Of a stretch of DNA of 43,006 bases, positions 18,523 to 28,469 are shown piece after piece. Position 1 is the first letter of the stretch. Every line of letters starts with the position of its first letter. This stretch comes from Promethearchaeota archaeon. Lineage in GTDB: Archaea; Asgardarchaeota; Lokiarchaeia; Sigyniarchaeales; SOKP01. The notes beneath the pieces are model-generated. The model saw nothing but the letters and a program-made list of their open reading frames with translations, was not told the origin of the DNA and searched no databases. Where the stretch lies: positions 55,746-98,751 of the forward strand of contig JAHPZJ010000022.1 in NCBI GenBank assembly GCA_019058245.1, given 5' to 3'. A program made the position numbers and the translations under genes.

Positions 18523-19029
18523 ATTAAGATAGCAATTTTAGTTACAGATGGTTATGAAGAGCTTGAACTTCATTACCCACGCCTTAGATTGATTGAAGCA
18601 GGGCATGAAACGGAAATAATTAGTTTATATAGTAGAGAAATTAAAGGAAAATATGGATATCCAATCAAACCTGATAAATTAATAAGAGATATAAGTCCTA
18701 ATGATTATAATGGTGTAATTATTCCGGGAGGTACAAAAAATCCCGATTATCTTAGACGAGACAAAGATGTTCTTGAATTTGTTTATAAAATTAATGAACA
18801 AGGAAAACTAGTAGGCGCTATCTGTCACGCTGGTTGGGTTCTAATCTCTGCTAAAATTCTAAAAGGACGTCGAGCTACAAGTTATTTCGCAATTAAAGAT
18901 GATATGATAAATGCGGGTACTATATTCGAAGACTCTTCAGTAGTAGTAGATGATAATTTGATTACTTCACGTATGCCAAGTGACTTACCTGATTTTATGA
19001 AGGAAGTGTTAAATTTTTTGGAACAATAA
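18523..19029 (+). CDS. pfpI: PfpI/DJ-1 family protease/deglycase; start extended to ATT 18523
   Basis: IIPGG, AICHAG (nucleophile Cys) and DDNLITSRMPSDL. The conserved N-terminus KIAILVTDGYEELELHYP lies upstream of the tracked TTG (18589) and is bounded by an in-frame TAA at 18520. Confidence 0.9.
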   Translation: MKIAILVTDGYEELELHYPRLRLIEAGHETEIISLYSREIKGKYGYPIKPDKLIRDISPNDYNGVIIPGGTKNPDYLRRDKDVLEFVYKINEQGKLVGAICHAGWVLISAKILKGRRATSYFAIKDDMINAGTIFEDSSVVVDDNLITSRMPSDLPDFMKEVLNFLEQ

Positions 19030-19057
19030 GAAAAATTCAAAGATAAATTTGGAATAT

Positions 19058-20281
19058 CTAGTATAATGTTTTTACCTTGTGAATGTTTTCTTTAAGTATT
19101 TCTAAAAATAAATTTACTTCTTCAATTTGTTTATTTAATATTTCAAGTTTTTGTTCTATAATCTCTGGATCTGATCCTTCTTCTTTTTCTAATCCCTTTC
19201 TTATTATATTATAGGATCTAATTTGGTTCAGGATATTTTGCATCCTTTTTATTTTAATTTGATACAATTTTTTATATTTTTTTAAATCCTCGAGCCTCAG
19301 TTCAATAGTTTCAATATTTGTAAAACATCTATCAATATTTTCCTCTTTTTTCAAATTTTTAATAATGGATTCAATTTCCTCTAAGTACGTTATTACTAAA
19401 TTCTGTTGATCCTTATCTATCGATTCTAATTTAATATGAGAATCTGTTGAGATTTCATCGATTATATCTGATGTATACTTGATTTGAACTCTATTCGAAT
19501 TAATTAATTGATTATTCTCTATGTTGGCAGAGTTGATTGATTGTTCATATTCATCAAGATCAGTTATTAATTCTAACTCATCCAATTCCAGTTGAGTAAT
19601 TAAAGGAGAAAATTTAACTTGAAGTTGTTTTTTACCGAAATATTCTTTGTTTTGTCTTACAATTTGAGTGTACATTTGGATAATTTCTGGTCCAATAGGT
19701 GCAAATAAGACTCCTCCATTTTCATCAAGTTGATTTAATAAAGGGTTAATTCTAGATTGCTCAATTGCACCAGTTACTAAAATTTTTTGCCAAGGACTCA
19801 ACTCTGGCATTCCATTAAGAGGATTTTTAACTATAATTGAAATATTTTCATCTAATTTTAATCTCTTTAGATTTTCAGATGTTATTTTAGCGATTTCAGA
19901 ATTAGCTTCAAGGATTATTATTTCTCCTTTCGGCGCTAATTTATGTGCTAATGCTGCGATATATCCACTTTTTGCTCCCAATATTAGTAAATCATCATCA
20001 TCAGTCAAAGAGAGGCCTTGTAGCATTATAGATATCATATGTGGAGCAGAAATTGTTCTATAATTATTAGGATTTTGCTCATCATAATAAAATAAATTTG
20101 GTACATCTTCATAAAGTCTTACTATTTTGAGGAACCTTTTTGGAATGAACTGTTCTAAGGGAACATCCATAAAAGCCTTTATAAGGCGTTTATCTTTTAA
20201 GATTTCATTTAAAATTAAGGAGTCTAATAAATGCTTTTTCTTATTTTTAATTTTATCTGTAAATCTATCGTTTCTGTCCAA
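19058..20281 (-). CDS. Protein-L-isoaspartate O-methyltransferase-like domain fused to a C-terminal coiled coil
   Basis: AFMDVPLEQF, TISAPHM, LILGAKSGYIAAL, ILVTGA and LDENGGVLFAPIG, followed by about 170 aa of helical extension. Confidence 0.82.
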   Translation of the reverse strand: MDRNDRFTDKIKNKKKHLLDSLILNEILKDKRLIKAFMDVPLEQFIPKRFLKIVRLYEDVPNLFYYDEQNPNNYRTISAPHMISIMLQGLSLTDDDDLLILGAKSGYIAALAHKLAPKGEIIILEANSEIAKITSENLKRLKLDENISIIVKNPLNGMPELSPWQKILVTGAIEQSRINPLLNQLDENGGVLFAPIGPEIIQMYTQIVRQNKEYFGKKQLQVKFSPLITQLELDELELITDLDEYEQSINSANIENNQLINSNRVQIKYTSDIIDEISTDSHIKLESIDKDQQNLVITYLEEIESIIKNLKKEENIDRCFTNIETIELRLEDLKKYKKLYQIKIKRMQNILNQIRSYNIIRKGLEKEEGSDPEIIEQKLEILNKQIEEVNLFLEILKENIHKVKTLY

Positions 20282-20380
20282 ATTTTATCAGTCCCTTTTT
20301 ATATTAAAAAAATAATATAAAAACAAACTATTATACTTTGTTATAATAAATCTAAATTATTCTAATCGTAGTAACCCTAT

Positions 20381-20968
20381 ATGTTAATATTGGATTTTGA
20401 GAGTTTAAAAGATGCTAGGATAACCTTAACTTTAATTTTTGTAAATATTTTAAGTTATATTGTTTTTAATTTAGCTGCACCAGAAGAAGTATTACTTTTT
20501 TTAGCACAAATTAATAGAAAAATTATCTATGACTATCAAATTTGGAGACTTTTAAGTTCAATGTTTCTTCATGCTAATCCTATTCATTTATTTTCCAATA
20601 TGTTGGCTCTACTTCTATTTGGGGCAACCGTAGAAAATAACAAAATTATTTCTAAAATTCAATTTTTAATTATCTATTTTATTTCGGGTTTAATTGGAAA
20701 TTTATTTTCCTTATTTTTACTTGAATTGAATTCAATAAGTTTAGGTGCATCTGGAGCTATTTTTGGTTTAATTGGGACAGCTTTTATTATAGTTACGACC
20801 GATGATCCTTCTCTTATATTTTTTGCTTTATTTTATATCGTATTTTTTCTGGTTAGTTCACTAGTGGAGGGCATAAACTTATGGGCTCATATATTTGGCT
20901 TATTAGGAGGGATTTTATTTGGTTATTTATTCTATACTCGTAAAATGAAAATTAAACCTGTTTATTAA
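20381..20968 (+). CDS. Rhomboid intramembrane serine protease
   Basis: WRLLSSMFLHANPIHLFSNM, GASGAIFG, AHIFG. Confidence 0.95.
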   Translation: MLILDFESLKDARITLTLIFVNILSYIVFNLAAPEEVLLFLAQINRKIIYDYQIWRLLSSMFLHANPIHLFSNMLALLLFGATVENNKIISKIQFLIIYFISGLIGNLFSLFLLELNSISLGASGAIFGLIGTAFIIVTTDDPSLIFFALFYIVFFLVSSLVEGINLWAHIFGLLGGILFGYLFYTRKMKIKPVY

Positions 20969-21014
20969 GCGCAATATGATTTTTATCTGAAATTCAATAA
21001 AACAGATTTTAATT

Positions 21015-21680
21015 TTAATCCTTTTTCTTTTTCTTTTTCATAGCTAATTCCATGGAAAAATCTTTTGGACAAATTTTATTAATTAAACATACATTGCACT
21101 TTGGTCTTAAAGGAATACATATTTGTTGCCCAAATCTAACAAATAATCTATTAATCCTTAACCACAATTCTTTTGGAATAGAATTTTTTAATTCTTCTTC
21201 TGTTTTAAGCGGATTTTTAGTCTTTACCCAGCCTAATCTATTTGAGATTCTATGTACATGAGTATCAACGGGAATTGCAGGTATTTTAAAAGCATAGACT
21301 AATACACAATTAGCAGTTTTACTCCCTACACCTGGTAAGCTTAATAATTCCTCATAATTATTGGGAACGACGCCATTGTAGTCAATGATTAATAATTTCG
21401 AAACTTCTTTAATTCGAGCAGCTTTTACTTTATAAAAACCTGCTGGTTTTATAAGTTGCTCAATATCATCAATATTCGCTTCAGCTATGCTTTTTGGAGA
21501 ATTATATTTCGAAAATAATCTTTCTGTTGCTGTTTTTGTATTAGTATCTTTTGTTCGTGCTGATAATATTGTTGAGATTAAAATTTTAAATGGATCTTGC
21601 TTCTTTTTGGCTAATTCATCTAAGTGAGTATCTCCTTCTAACTGTTTTTCAATTTCATCTAAGATTTCTTTATATCCCAT
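21015..21680 (-). CDS. nth: Endonuclease III (HhH-GPD glycosylase/AP lyase)
   Basis: ILSARTKD, LPGVGSKTA, VDTHVHRISNRLG and the C-x6-C-x2-C-x5-C 4Fe-4S motif. Confidence 0.96.
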   Translation of the reverse strand: MGYKEILDEIEKQLEGDTHLDELAKKKQDPFKILISTILSARTKDTNTKTATERLFSKYNSPKSIAEANIDDIEQLIKPAGFYKVKAARIKEVSKLLIIDYNGVVPNNYEELLSLPGVGSKTANCVLVYAFKIPAIPVDTHVHRISNRLGWVKTKNPLKTEEELKNSIPKELWLRINRLFVRFGQQICIPLRPKCNVCLINKICPKDFSMELAMKKKKKKD

Positions 21681-21686
21681 TATATT

Positions 21687-23093
21687 TCATTTTTTTTCTA
21701 ATACATATAATATTCTTTTGGTTATTTGCCCTTTTTTAGCATCTATTAATGTTTTTACATATTTTTTTCGAAATTTGAGTTTCTGATTGGATTTATTGTT
21801 TATTCTGGTAAGATCTATTAATGGAACTACTATAAAGTTATTTTTAATTGCCAATTTTTCAATATTTACATGGATATCATTTCCATCAATAGTATTAATA
21901 ATTGGAGATATAAAACATAGTCTACATTTTGGTTTGAGAATTTGATATGCTTCTCTAAAAAATTTATCATATAAAGGTTCCAATTTCATTTCTATTAATT
22001 CTTTTACCTGAGTATAATAAGGCTTTTTTTTATAAAAAGGGCCTAAATCAGGTTCAGTACATATACCATCAAAGAAGAATGGTTCAAATACATTAGATAA
22101 GTTTCTAGCATCATAATTTAAAACTTTTTTATCTAGTAAAGGAGGTAGTTCCTCTTCCAATAATTCTATTAACCAATAGATATTACGGAGTGTATTTTTT
22201 ACTTTCTTTGCATCAATATCTACCCCATATATTTGAAAATCATGTAGTATTGCAAACAAACCTATTGTTCCATTTCCAATAAATGGATCAAGAATTTTTT
22301 TAGTTTCTCTATTCATGAATAAATTTAAGAAATTTAGCATTATTTTTGCTAATTTTGGAGAAATAGCACTTTTATATTCTTTAAATGGTCTCTCTTCATC
22401 AATCTTTCTTTTAAAATTTGGATCATCAGTTGTAAATGTTCGTGCAATATATACACCCTCTTCAGTGAAACCAAAAATTATTTCCGCTCGATTTTCTTTG
22501 AGGAGTTCATATTTAATTATATGATGTGGAAAAATTGGATTTAGATTACCTAATTTTATATTTTTCTCAGGATATTGATAATAGAGTACTTTAATTGCTC
22601 CTTTTCTTTTGAGAATTTCCATTATTTCTTTGTTTAGAAAAGGTAATAAGTGTTTAATCAATACATCAGAGTAATATTTCTCATCATATAGGTTTGGATA
22701 AATTGAAACAGCAAAAAACATACTCTCGTAGATTTTAGGAAAAATTCCATCTTTTCCGATAATTAAATTGTCAAGAATTCTAATTACTTTATCCCTTGAT
22801 TTTTCAACTGACTTAAACTTGCTAATATGTAGTGGAAAGGCTTCTTGAATAGTTTTAATATCAATAAAGTCATATATTTCTGCGATCTTTTGACATCCTC
22901 CTAAAACAAATTGAATTTTCATTAGTTTGTTAATATATTGTTTATCTTGGCGTAGTTTTTCAAATTCCACTATCGCAATATTAGCGGAATAATCTATTAT
23001 TTTTCCTTTATTTTGAGAATGTTTAAGGTAATTATCTAATTCTGCAATTGACATTCGAAAATTAGAACCTAAAACAAATAAAAATCTTTCCAT
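21687..23093 (-). CDS. TRM11/UPF0020-like SAM-dependent RNA methyltransferase
   Basis: ISPKLAKIMLN, LDPFIGNGT, YGVDID, DARNL, ICTEPDLGP. Confidence 0.8.
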   Translation of the reverse strand: MERFLFVLGSNFRMSIAELDNYLKHSQNKGKIIDYSANIAIVEFEKLRQDKQYINKLMKIQFVLGGCQKIAEIYDFIDIKTIQEAFPLHISKFKSVEKSRDKVIRILDNLIIGKDGIFPKIYESMFFAVSIYPNLYDEKYYSDVLIKHLLPFLNKEIMEILKRKGAIKVLYYQYPEKNIKLGNLNPIFPHHIIKYELLKENRAEIIFGFTEEGVYIARTFTTDDPNFKRKIDEERPFKEYKSAISPKLAKIMLNFLNLFMNRETKKILDPFIGNGTIGLFAILHDFQIYGVDIDAKKVKNTLRNIYWLIELLEEELPPLLDKKVLNYDARNLSNVFEPFFFDGICTEPDLGPFYKKKPYYTQVKELIEMKLEPLYDKFFREAYQILKPKCRLCFISPIINTIDGNDIHVNIEKLAIKNNFIVVPLIDLTRINNKSNQKLKFRKKYVKTLIDAKKGQITKRILYVLEKK

Positions 23094-23148
23094 ATCTCTA
23101 AGAAATTGAATAATAGATTTAATATCTATTTTTCGGATAAAAATAGTA

Positions 23149-24447
23149 TTATCTTTTATTTTTTTTTCTTAACCATTGTTTAAATGCTTTAGTTGGCTTG
23201 CCATGCCAAATTGCTTTTTTAGGATACCTCTTCTCAAACTCATCAATATCTTCGTCTGTATATTCCAGCAAAAAACTCTTACTAGCTAATTCTTCTTCCT
23301 CATCACCTTCTTCATAATCCTCCTCCTCCTCCTCCTCATCTATATCAATTGAAATCTCATATTTTTCACCAGTAATATCTCCTAAAGCATCCATAATATC
23401 TTCAAGATCTTCTTTTTTTCTTTCTAAGACTGGAACTTTATCTATCACTTTCGCTTCAGTGATTTCTTTTGTCTGTTTTTCTACTTCTTTTAACTTCTTT
23501 TTATATGCTTTCTTTTTTTCTAATCTCTCTAATCGTAGTTTTTTAATTTCTTTTATAATTGTTTCGTAATTATCCTTAAAATACTTCAAACTTACATTAA
23601 TAAGATCTCCTGCACTATCCCATTTGTCTCTTTTGATAATATCATCAAGCCAATAATATAAATCTAAATTTACTTCAATTGTTATCGGTTTTCCTTCAGA
23701 TTCTATAGCGCCTATTAAATAATTCAGAATATTAGCTATTAAAAGATTATTTTCAAAAGCAGAAAAGCCATACTCACGAGCAAGTGATGAAAAAATACTA
23801 AGGTTTCCAAAACCAACCACTTTACCCTTAAAGTATTCTACAACGACCATTAAGGGAATCTTAGGACTGTCTTCTTCAATCCAATATTCACCATCATATC
23901 TTTTACGCCAACTATTTAATCCAGACTGTATTAACCATTGTATTTTTATATTCTTTTCATCCTCAATAAAATCTAAAATTTTTATTGAACAAGAACTAGA
24001 ATAGACAATTTTCTTAATTTGTTCTGTTATAACGTGAGGGCGAAATCTGGTTATGATTGGTCTTTTCTGAAGATTAACATAGTTAACTGAATCATAAATC
24101 TCATCAGAAACAAATTCAAATCCAAATTTTTTTGTTAAATCATTTAAATTTGTATTATTTGTATGATCTCCTCCACTAGAACTAACGATTAAAAGACTAC
24201 CTCCATTCTTCACATAATTCTCAAGTATTTTAATCTCATTCTGTTTTAAATTTGTATTTCTTGGAGTTGATAAAAGTATAACATTATATTTCTCTAAATT
24301 ATCTAAAGAATTAAATCCCGCTTCAATTTTACCTAATTTATATCCAGATGTGAATAAAAACTGTGTAAATTCACCAAAACTTGAAGATTCTATGATTAAA
24401 AAGTTATTATGACTATAATCTAAAGCAATACTTATTTTTCCACTCAA
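23149..24447 (-). CDS. GIFT (IFT52/GldG)/DUF4350-like domain plus ribbon-helix-helix-like segment, coiled coil and acidic tail
   Basis: IALDYSHN, LENYVKNGGSLLIVS, LNDLTKKFGFEF and GKVVGFG; then ITIEVNLDLYYWLDDII....DSAGDLINVSLKYF; poly-E; terminal KAIWHGKPTKAFKQWL. Confidence 0.72.
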   Translation of the reverse strand: MSGKISIALDYSHNNFLIIESSSFGEFTQFLFTSGYKLGKIEAGFNSLDNLEKYNVILLSTPRNTNLKQNEIKILENYVKNGGSLLIVSSSGGDHTNNTNLNDLTKKFGFEFVSDEIYDSVNYVNLQKRPIITRFRPHVITEQIKKIVYSSSCSIKILDFIEDEKNIKIQWLIQSGLNSWRKRYDGEYWIEEDSPKIPLMVVVEYFKGKVVGFGNLSIFSSLAREYGFSAFENNLLIANILNYLIGAIESEGKPITIEVNLDLYYWLDDIIKRDKWDSAGDLINVSLKYFKDNYETIIKEIKKLRLERLEKKKAYKKKLKEVEKQTKEITEAKVIDKVPVLERKKEDLEDIMDALGDITGEKYEISIDIDEEEEEEDYEEGDEEEELASKSFLLEYTDEDIDEFEKRYPKKAIWHGKPTKAFKQWLRKKNKR

Positions 24448-24544
24448 CTACATTCATACTCATTAATTTTAAATTTAAATAAAAATTAGTTCACTCTTTA
24501 CTCCTATATAAGATATAGTTCTTCTATTCTATAAATAAAATTAT

Positions 24545-25402
24545 CTAAATTTTTAATATGAATATATCTAAAACAATATGATATAAGTTTGGACCATAAC
24601 TTTTTACAAATCTATGTGAATTTAATTCACATTTATAACCTTCATTAAGTGCAATTTCTTTGAACTCTTCAAATAAAGATATAAAATTATCCTTTTCAAT
24701 AACTCCTTCGTAGTGAACCATGGTTCCTTTATCTTTCACTAAAGATAAAGCGTCCTTAATATATTCTTTAGGTGCAGGAAAGACACCCATAATAATCCTA
24801 TCAGCTCTTACTCCAGATTTACTAAGTTTTGCAACTTCAACTTTACAATCTCCATTAATTGGCAGAATTTTTTTTTCTAAATGATTTAATTTTATATTTT
24901 CCTCTAAATATTTATATGATACAGGATTCAATTCAATACTATATATTCTCTCTACATTAGAATGTTTTGCTATAGGTAATGAAAAATATCCTATTCCCGC
25001 AAACATGTCCACAATTACTTCACCATTCATAACTAGTGTTGCAAGAAATTTCCTTTCATTAAGATTTCCTTTACTGAACATAATTTTTGTGATATCAAAT
25101 TGATAAATTACATCATGTTCTTTATGCCTTACTATTGGAGTATTTTCTCCAGCTATCCATTCAATTTTTTCAGGTTCTCTGAAAGTTCCAACTATTTTTC
25201 CTCTATTAATAAATATAGATTTAATGCTAGGGAATAACTTTAAGCAAGCACTTCCAATTTCCTTTTCTCGTTCCTTTAACCTTGGATTAAGTTTCAAAAT
25301 TATGATCTTTCCCAAGGTTTGAAAACCTCGTGGAAGTAAAGAAAGTTCTTCGCTAGATAATTTACCTTTTAATTGTTCCTTTAGTTTATCTTTAAAACCC
25401 AT
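24545..25402 (-). CDS. taw2: Trm5/TYW2 family tRNA(Phe) wyosine enzyme, most like Taw2 aminocarboxypropyltransferase
   Basis: MFSKGNLNER, VDMFAGIGYFSLPIA, IELNP, ADRIIMG (Taw2-type rather than Trm5 MNLP), VKSYGP. Confidence 0.8.
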   Translation of the reverse strand: MGFKDKLKEQLKGKLSSEELSLLPRGFQTLGKIIILKLNPRLKEREKEIGSACLKLFPSIKSIFINRGKIVGTFREPEKIEWIAGENTPIVRHKEHDVIYQFDITKIMFSKGNLNERKFLATLVMNGEVIVDMFAGIGYFSLPIAKHSNVERIYSIELNPVSYKYLEENIKLNHLEKKILPINGDCKVEVAKLSKSGVRADRIIMGVFPAPKEYIKDALSLVKDKGTMVHYEGVIEKDNFISLFEEFKEIALNEGYKCELNSHRFVKSYGPNLYHIVLDIFILKI

Positions 25403-25548
25403 TAGAAAATTAGATTTTGAATCTTAATGTAAAATTGAATAAAGCTATACATCTTTATTAATTATCAATTCTAAAAAAGTATATCAATTATTTAAAGTTT
25501 GAAATATTAAATTATATTTTTCAGTAAAGTCATAGATGACTAAAATGA

Positions 25549-25755
25549 GTGAAAAGGTCCCAAAAAAAATATCTTGTTGAAGAGGAATTTGAAGAAGAAG
25601 ATGTTGAAGAAATTAAAGTAGAAGATATCTTAGAGAAAAAAATATTAAAAATACTCTCAGGGAATAGAGTCGATTCTAAATTAACATTAACAAACCTCTT
25701 AATAAAAGCTTTAATTAAGGATTATGAATTTAGAAAAAGAACTCAAATCACTTAA
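25549..25755 (+). CDS. Small acidic hypothetical protein, start uncertain
   Basis: 68-aa GTG ORF followed by a T tract; out-of-frame ATGs at 25536 and 25545 join it across an A8 run. Confidence 0.55.
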   Translation: MKRSQKKYLVEEEFEEEDVEEIKVEDILEKKILKILSGNRVDSKLTLTNLLIKALIKDYEFRKRTQIT

Positions 25756-26004
25756 AAAAAGGGTCTTCTTTTTTTTTAAAAAGAATTTTATAATTTAAAC
25801 TTATAAATCGATTTGAATCATTTATTTATTCAAAAATAATAATAGAATTGATACAAATTAATTCTAAATTGAGTTAAATTATTATATTATTATAAATCAA
25901 ATATAATATACAAAGTATATTATATTCTAATTCTATAAAAAAATAGATAGAAAGTGAATAAATATATTTAAAATAATGAGGAAATAACACGAAGTGATGT
26001 AAAA

Positions 26005-27864
26005 ATGCCAGATTTAAGCGATCCTGAGTTTCTGGTGGATGAGAACAAAGTTTGGTTTACTGAAGGCTATTGGCCTGAAGGAGTTCCAAAACAATTAAAA
26101 GATATTGAAGATGTAGAAATTTTACCATTATGGAAAGTGTTTTTGAAAGCAGCAGAAAAATATGATACTATGGAAAAAGATGTTTGTATTTTTGTTTATG
26201 GACCATATATAGAACGTGTGAAATTAAAATTATTGTTTGATTACGGTAAACGATTTGGGACATACCTTTATAAAGAATTAGGAATTAGAAAAGGAGATGT
26301 TGTTGCAATTGATTTGCCAAATTCTATTAATTTTGTTGTTGCATATGTAGGGTGTCAATATATTGGTGCGATTGTTCAAGGCATCAATCCTCAGTATAGA
26401 CCATTGGAACTTTTGCATTCTTTAACTATGACAAATGCTAAGGTGCTTGTTTTAATGGATATGTTATATGCCATAGGGCCTAAAGAGATTCTTCCGAAGT
26501 CAAGTGTAAAATATCTGATACCATCGAATCTTGTGGATTTTCTGACTGCTGATAAAGGAATTATAGAACAGTTAGGAATCCCTAATGCAAAAAGTGTAAT
26601 ACCCAATGAAACTGAGGATTATAAGGTTATATGGATGGAGGAAATAATTAAAAATACAGAACCAGAAGAAATTGAGACAGATATTGATCCTTGGACTGAC
26701 CCCGCAGTGTATCTTATGACTGGTGGAACAACAGGTTTGCCCAAAGTTGCAATGCTTTCACATGCGAATTTATGCGCGAATCTTAATATGGCTAAACCTT
26801 GGACACAATTAAAGGCTGGAATGATAACAATTGGCTCGATTCCATTTTTTCATAGTTTTGGGTTAACATGTGTTATGAGTGCTGCTTTTAATTTAGGAAT
26901 GGTCATGCTTATTTTTCCAAAACCACCAACTGATGATGTTCTGTGTGAAGCAATAAATAAGATAGATGCACCTGAAGGAATAATATACACAGGAGTCGAA
27001 ATGTTATTTAAAAGGCTCACTGACTTTGTACATGAGATAGGAGTAGAAGAGTTTAAGAAAAAATATGATATTTGGAAAAAAATAAAATATGCTACTCAAG
27101 GAGCGGGGCCTTTACATGATTATGTTCGGATACCTTTTGAAGAAATTTTTAGTCCAATACGTACAGGTTACGGATTAACTGAAACATCTCCTATGGTAAG
27201 TATTGCTCCATTTTGGGGTCCTACGAAGACTGGAAAACTAGGATTACCAATTCCTGGTTGTGATTGGGCAATATTTGACTCAGAAAACTTTGAGAAGGGA
27301 CCTATATGTGATGGAACAAAAGAAAGAGGCGGTTTTGGAATTGAAAATACTGGGGAAATCTGTGTTGCTGGACCACATATTATGTTAGGTTACTTGGGTG
27401 AACAAAAAGAACAAGAAGATAACCTCAAATACTGGGGCGGAAAGCGATGGCTTCTTACTGGAGATATCGGATTTATGGATGAACATGGCTGGATTGAGAT
27501 TCGAGACAGAAAAAAATCTTTAATTAAGGTTTCAGGTCATTCTGTATTCCCCAAAGAAGTAGAAGAGCTACTCGGACACCATGAATTTGTTGATGAAGTT
27601 GCTGTTGCAGGAATACCAGATGAGATGATGGGTGAAGCTGTAAAAGCATGGGTAACACTTAAAAAAGGATATAAAGCTGATCGTGATATAACAAGTGAAC
27701 AATTGAAGGAATGGTCAAGAGAAAATATGGCAAAGTGGAAAAGTCCCAAATATATAGAATTTGTCCGAAGTATGCCAGTTAGCATGACTGGTAAGGTTGA
27801 GAGACGTGAACTTCAAGAAAAGGATATAACTAAACTTAAAAAAGGAAAATCCATTAAAGGTTAA
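26005..27864 (+). CDS. Long-chain fatty acid-CoA ligase (AMP-binding, FadD-like)
   Basis: MTGGTTGLPK, GYGLTETSP, GEICVAGP, TGDIG, DRKKSLIKVSG and TGKVERREL. Confidence 0.93.
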   Translation: MPDLSDPEFLVDENKVWFTEGYWPEGVPKQLKDIEDVEILPLWKVFLKAAEKYDTMEKDVCIFVYGPYIERVKLKLLFDYGKRFGTYLYKELGIRKGDVVAIDLPNSINFVVAYVGCQYIGAIVQGINPQYRPLELLHSLTMTNAKVLVLMDMLYAIGPKEILPKSSVKYLIPSNLVDFLTADKGIIEQLGIPNAKSVIPNETEDYKVIWMEEIIKNTEPEEIETDIDPWTDPAVYLMTGGTTGLPKVAMLSHANLCANLNMAKPWTQLKAGMITIGSIPFFHSFGLTCVMSAAFNLGMVMLIFPKPPTDDVLCEAINKIDAPEGIIYTGVEMLFKRLTDFVHEIGVEEFKKKYDIWKKIKYATQGAGPLHDYVRIPFEEIFSPIRTGYGLTETSPMVSIAPFWGPTKTGKLGLPIPGCDWAIFDSENFEKGPICDGTKERGGFGIENTGEICVAGPHIMLGYLGEQKEQEDNLKYWGGKRWLLTGDIGFMDEHGWIEIRDRKKSLIKVSGHSVFPKEVEELLGHHEFVDEVAVAGIPDEMMGEAVKAWVTLKKGYKADRDITSEQLKEWSRENMAKWKSPKYIEFVRSMPVSMTGKVERRELQEKDITKLKKGKSIKG

Positions 27865-27934
27865 ACAGTTAGGTCTCTATTATTTTAAACTTTTTTTTAA
27901 TATCTCTTTTAGAGATCTTTTTTTTAAATATTTC

Positions 27935-28294
27935 TCAATATAATATATTCCTATTTATTAATTCACTTAATTCCATGTTTCTCTTCTTCCCAGAACTCTT
28001 ATTATCTGCCATTGTAATAGAAAATATAAAACCATCTGTGGTTTCAATTCTTAAAACATAGATTTTTCCTATTTTTATGTTAAATGCTTTATTAATTTTT
28101 AATAAGGGAATTTTAAAACCATCAGTGAATTTATCAATTATAGGGTCTATTTCTGTTAAGCTTATATTTGATTTTTTTAAAAGTGTTAATTCTTGATTTG
28201 TTAGTAAAATTTTTCCAAATTGCATTTTGAATTGCCAATCCCTCTCCACTTCTCCTTCACAGAAATATCCTTCTAAATTAAAAAGTAACGACAT
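27935..28294 (-). CDS. Small PH/GRAM-like domain protein
   Basis: GKILLTNQEL, IPLLKI and LRIETTDG..FSI beta strands followed by a C-terminal helix. Confidence 0.55.
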   Translation of the reverse strand: MSLLFNLEGYFCEGEVERDWQFKMQFGKILLTNQELTLLKKSNISLTEIDPIIDKFTDGFKIPLLKINKAFNIKIGKIYVLRIETTDGFIFSITMADNKSSGKKRNMELSELINRNILY

Positions 28295-28469
28295 GAAAGA
28301 CTAATTTTTTTCTTTTAAATTGAATTAATATATTGAATTCTCTTATTAGTTTTTTTCGTTATTAATATCCTACACAAAAAATCCACCAGATAATATTCAA
28401 TAAATTTTTAAGGCTAAAGTGGCATCTAAATTATTATATAAATCATATAAATAATAAGGCAAATAGAAA

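Noticed and set aside
16429-27785. ORFs 16429, 16439, 20127, 21052, 22315, 26391 and 27537
   Set aside because: Antisense shadows of longer supported genes
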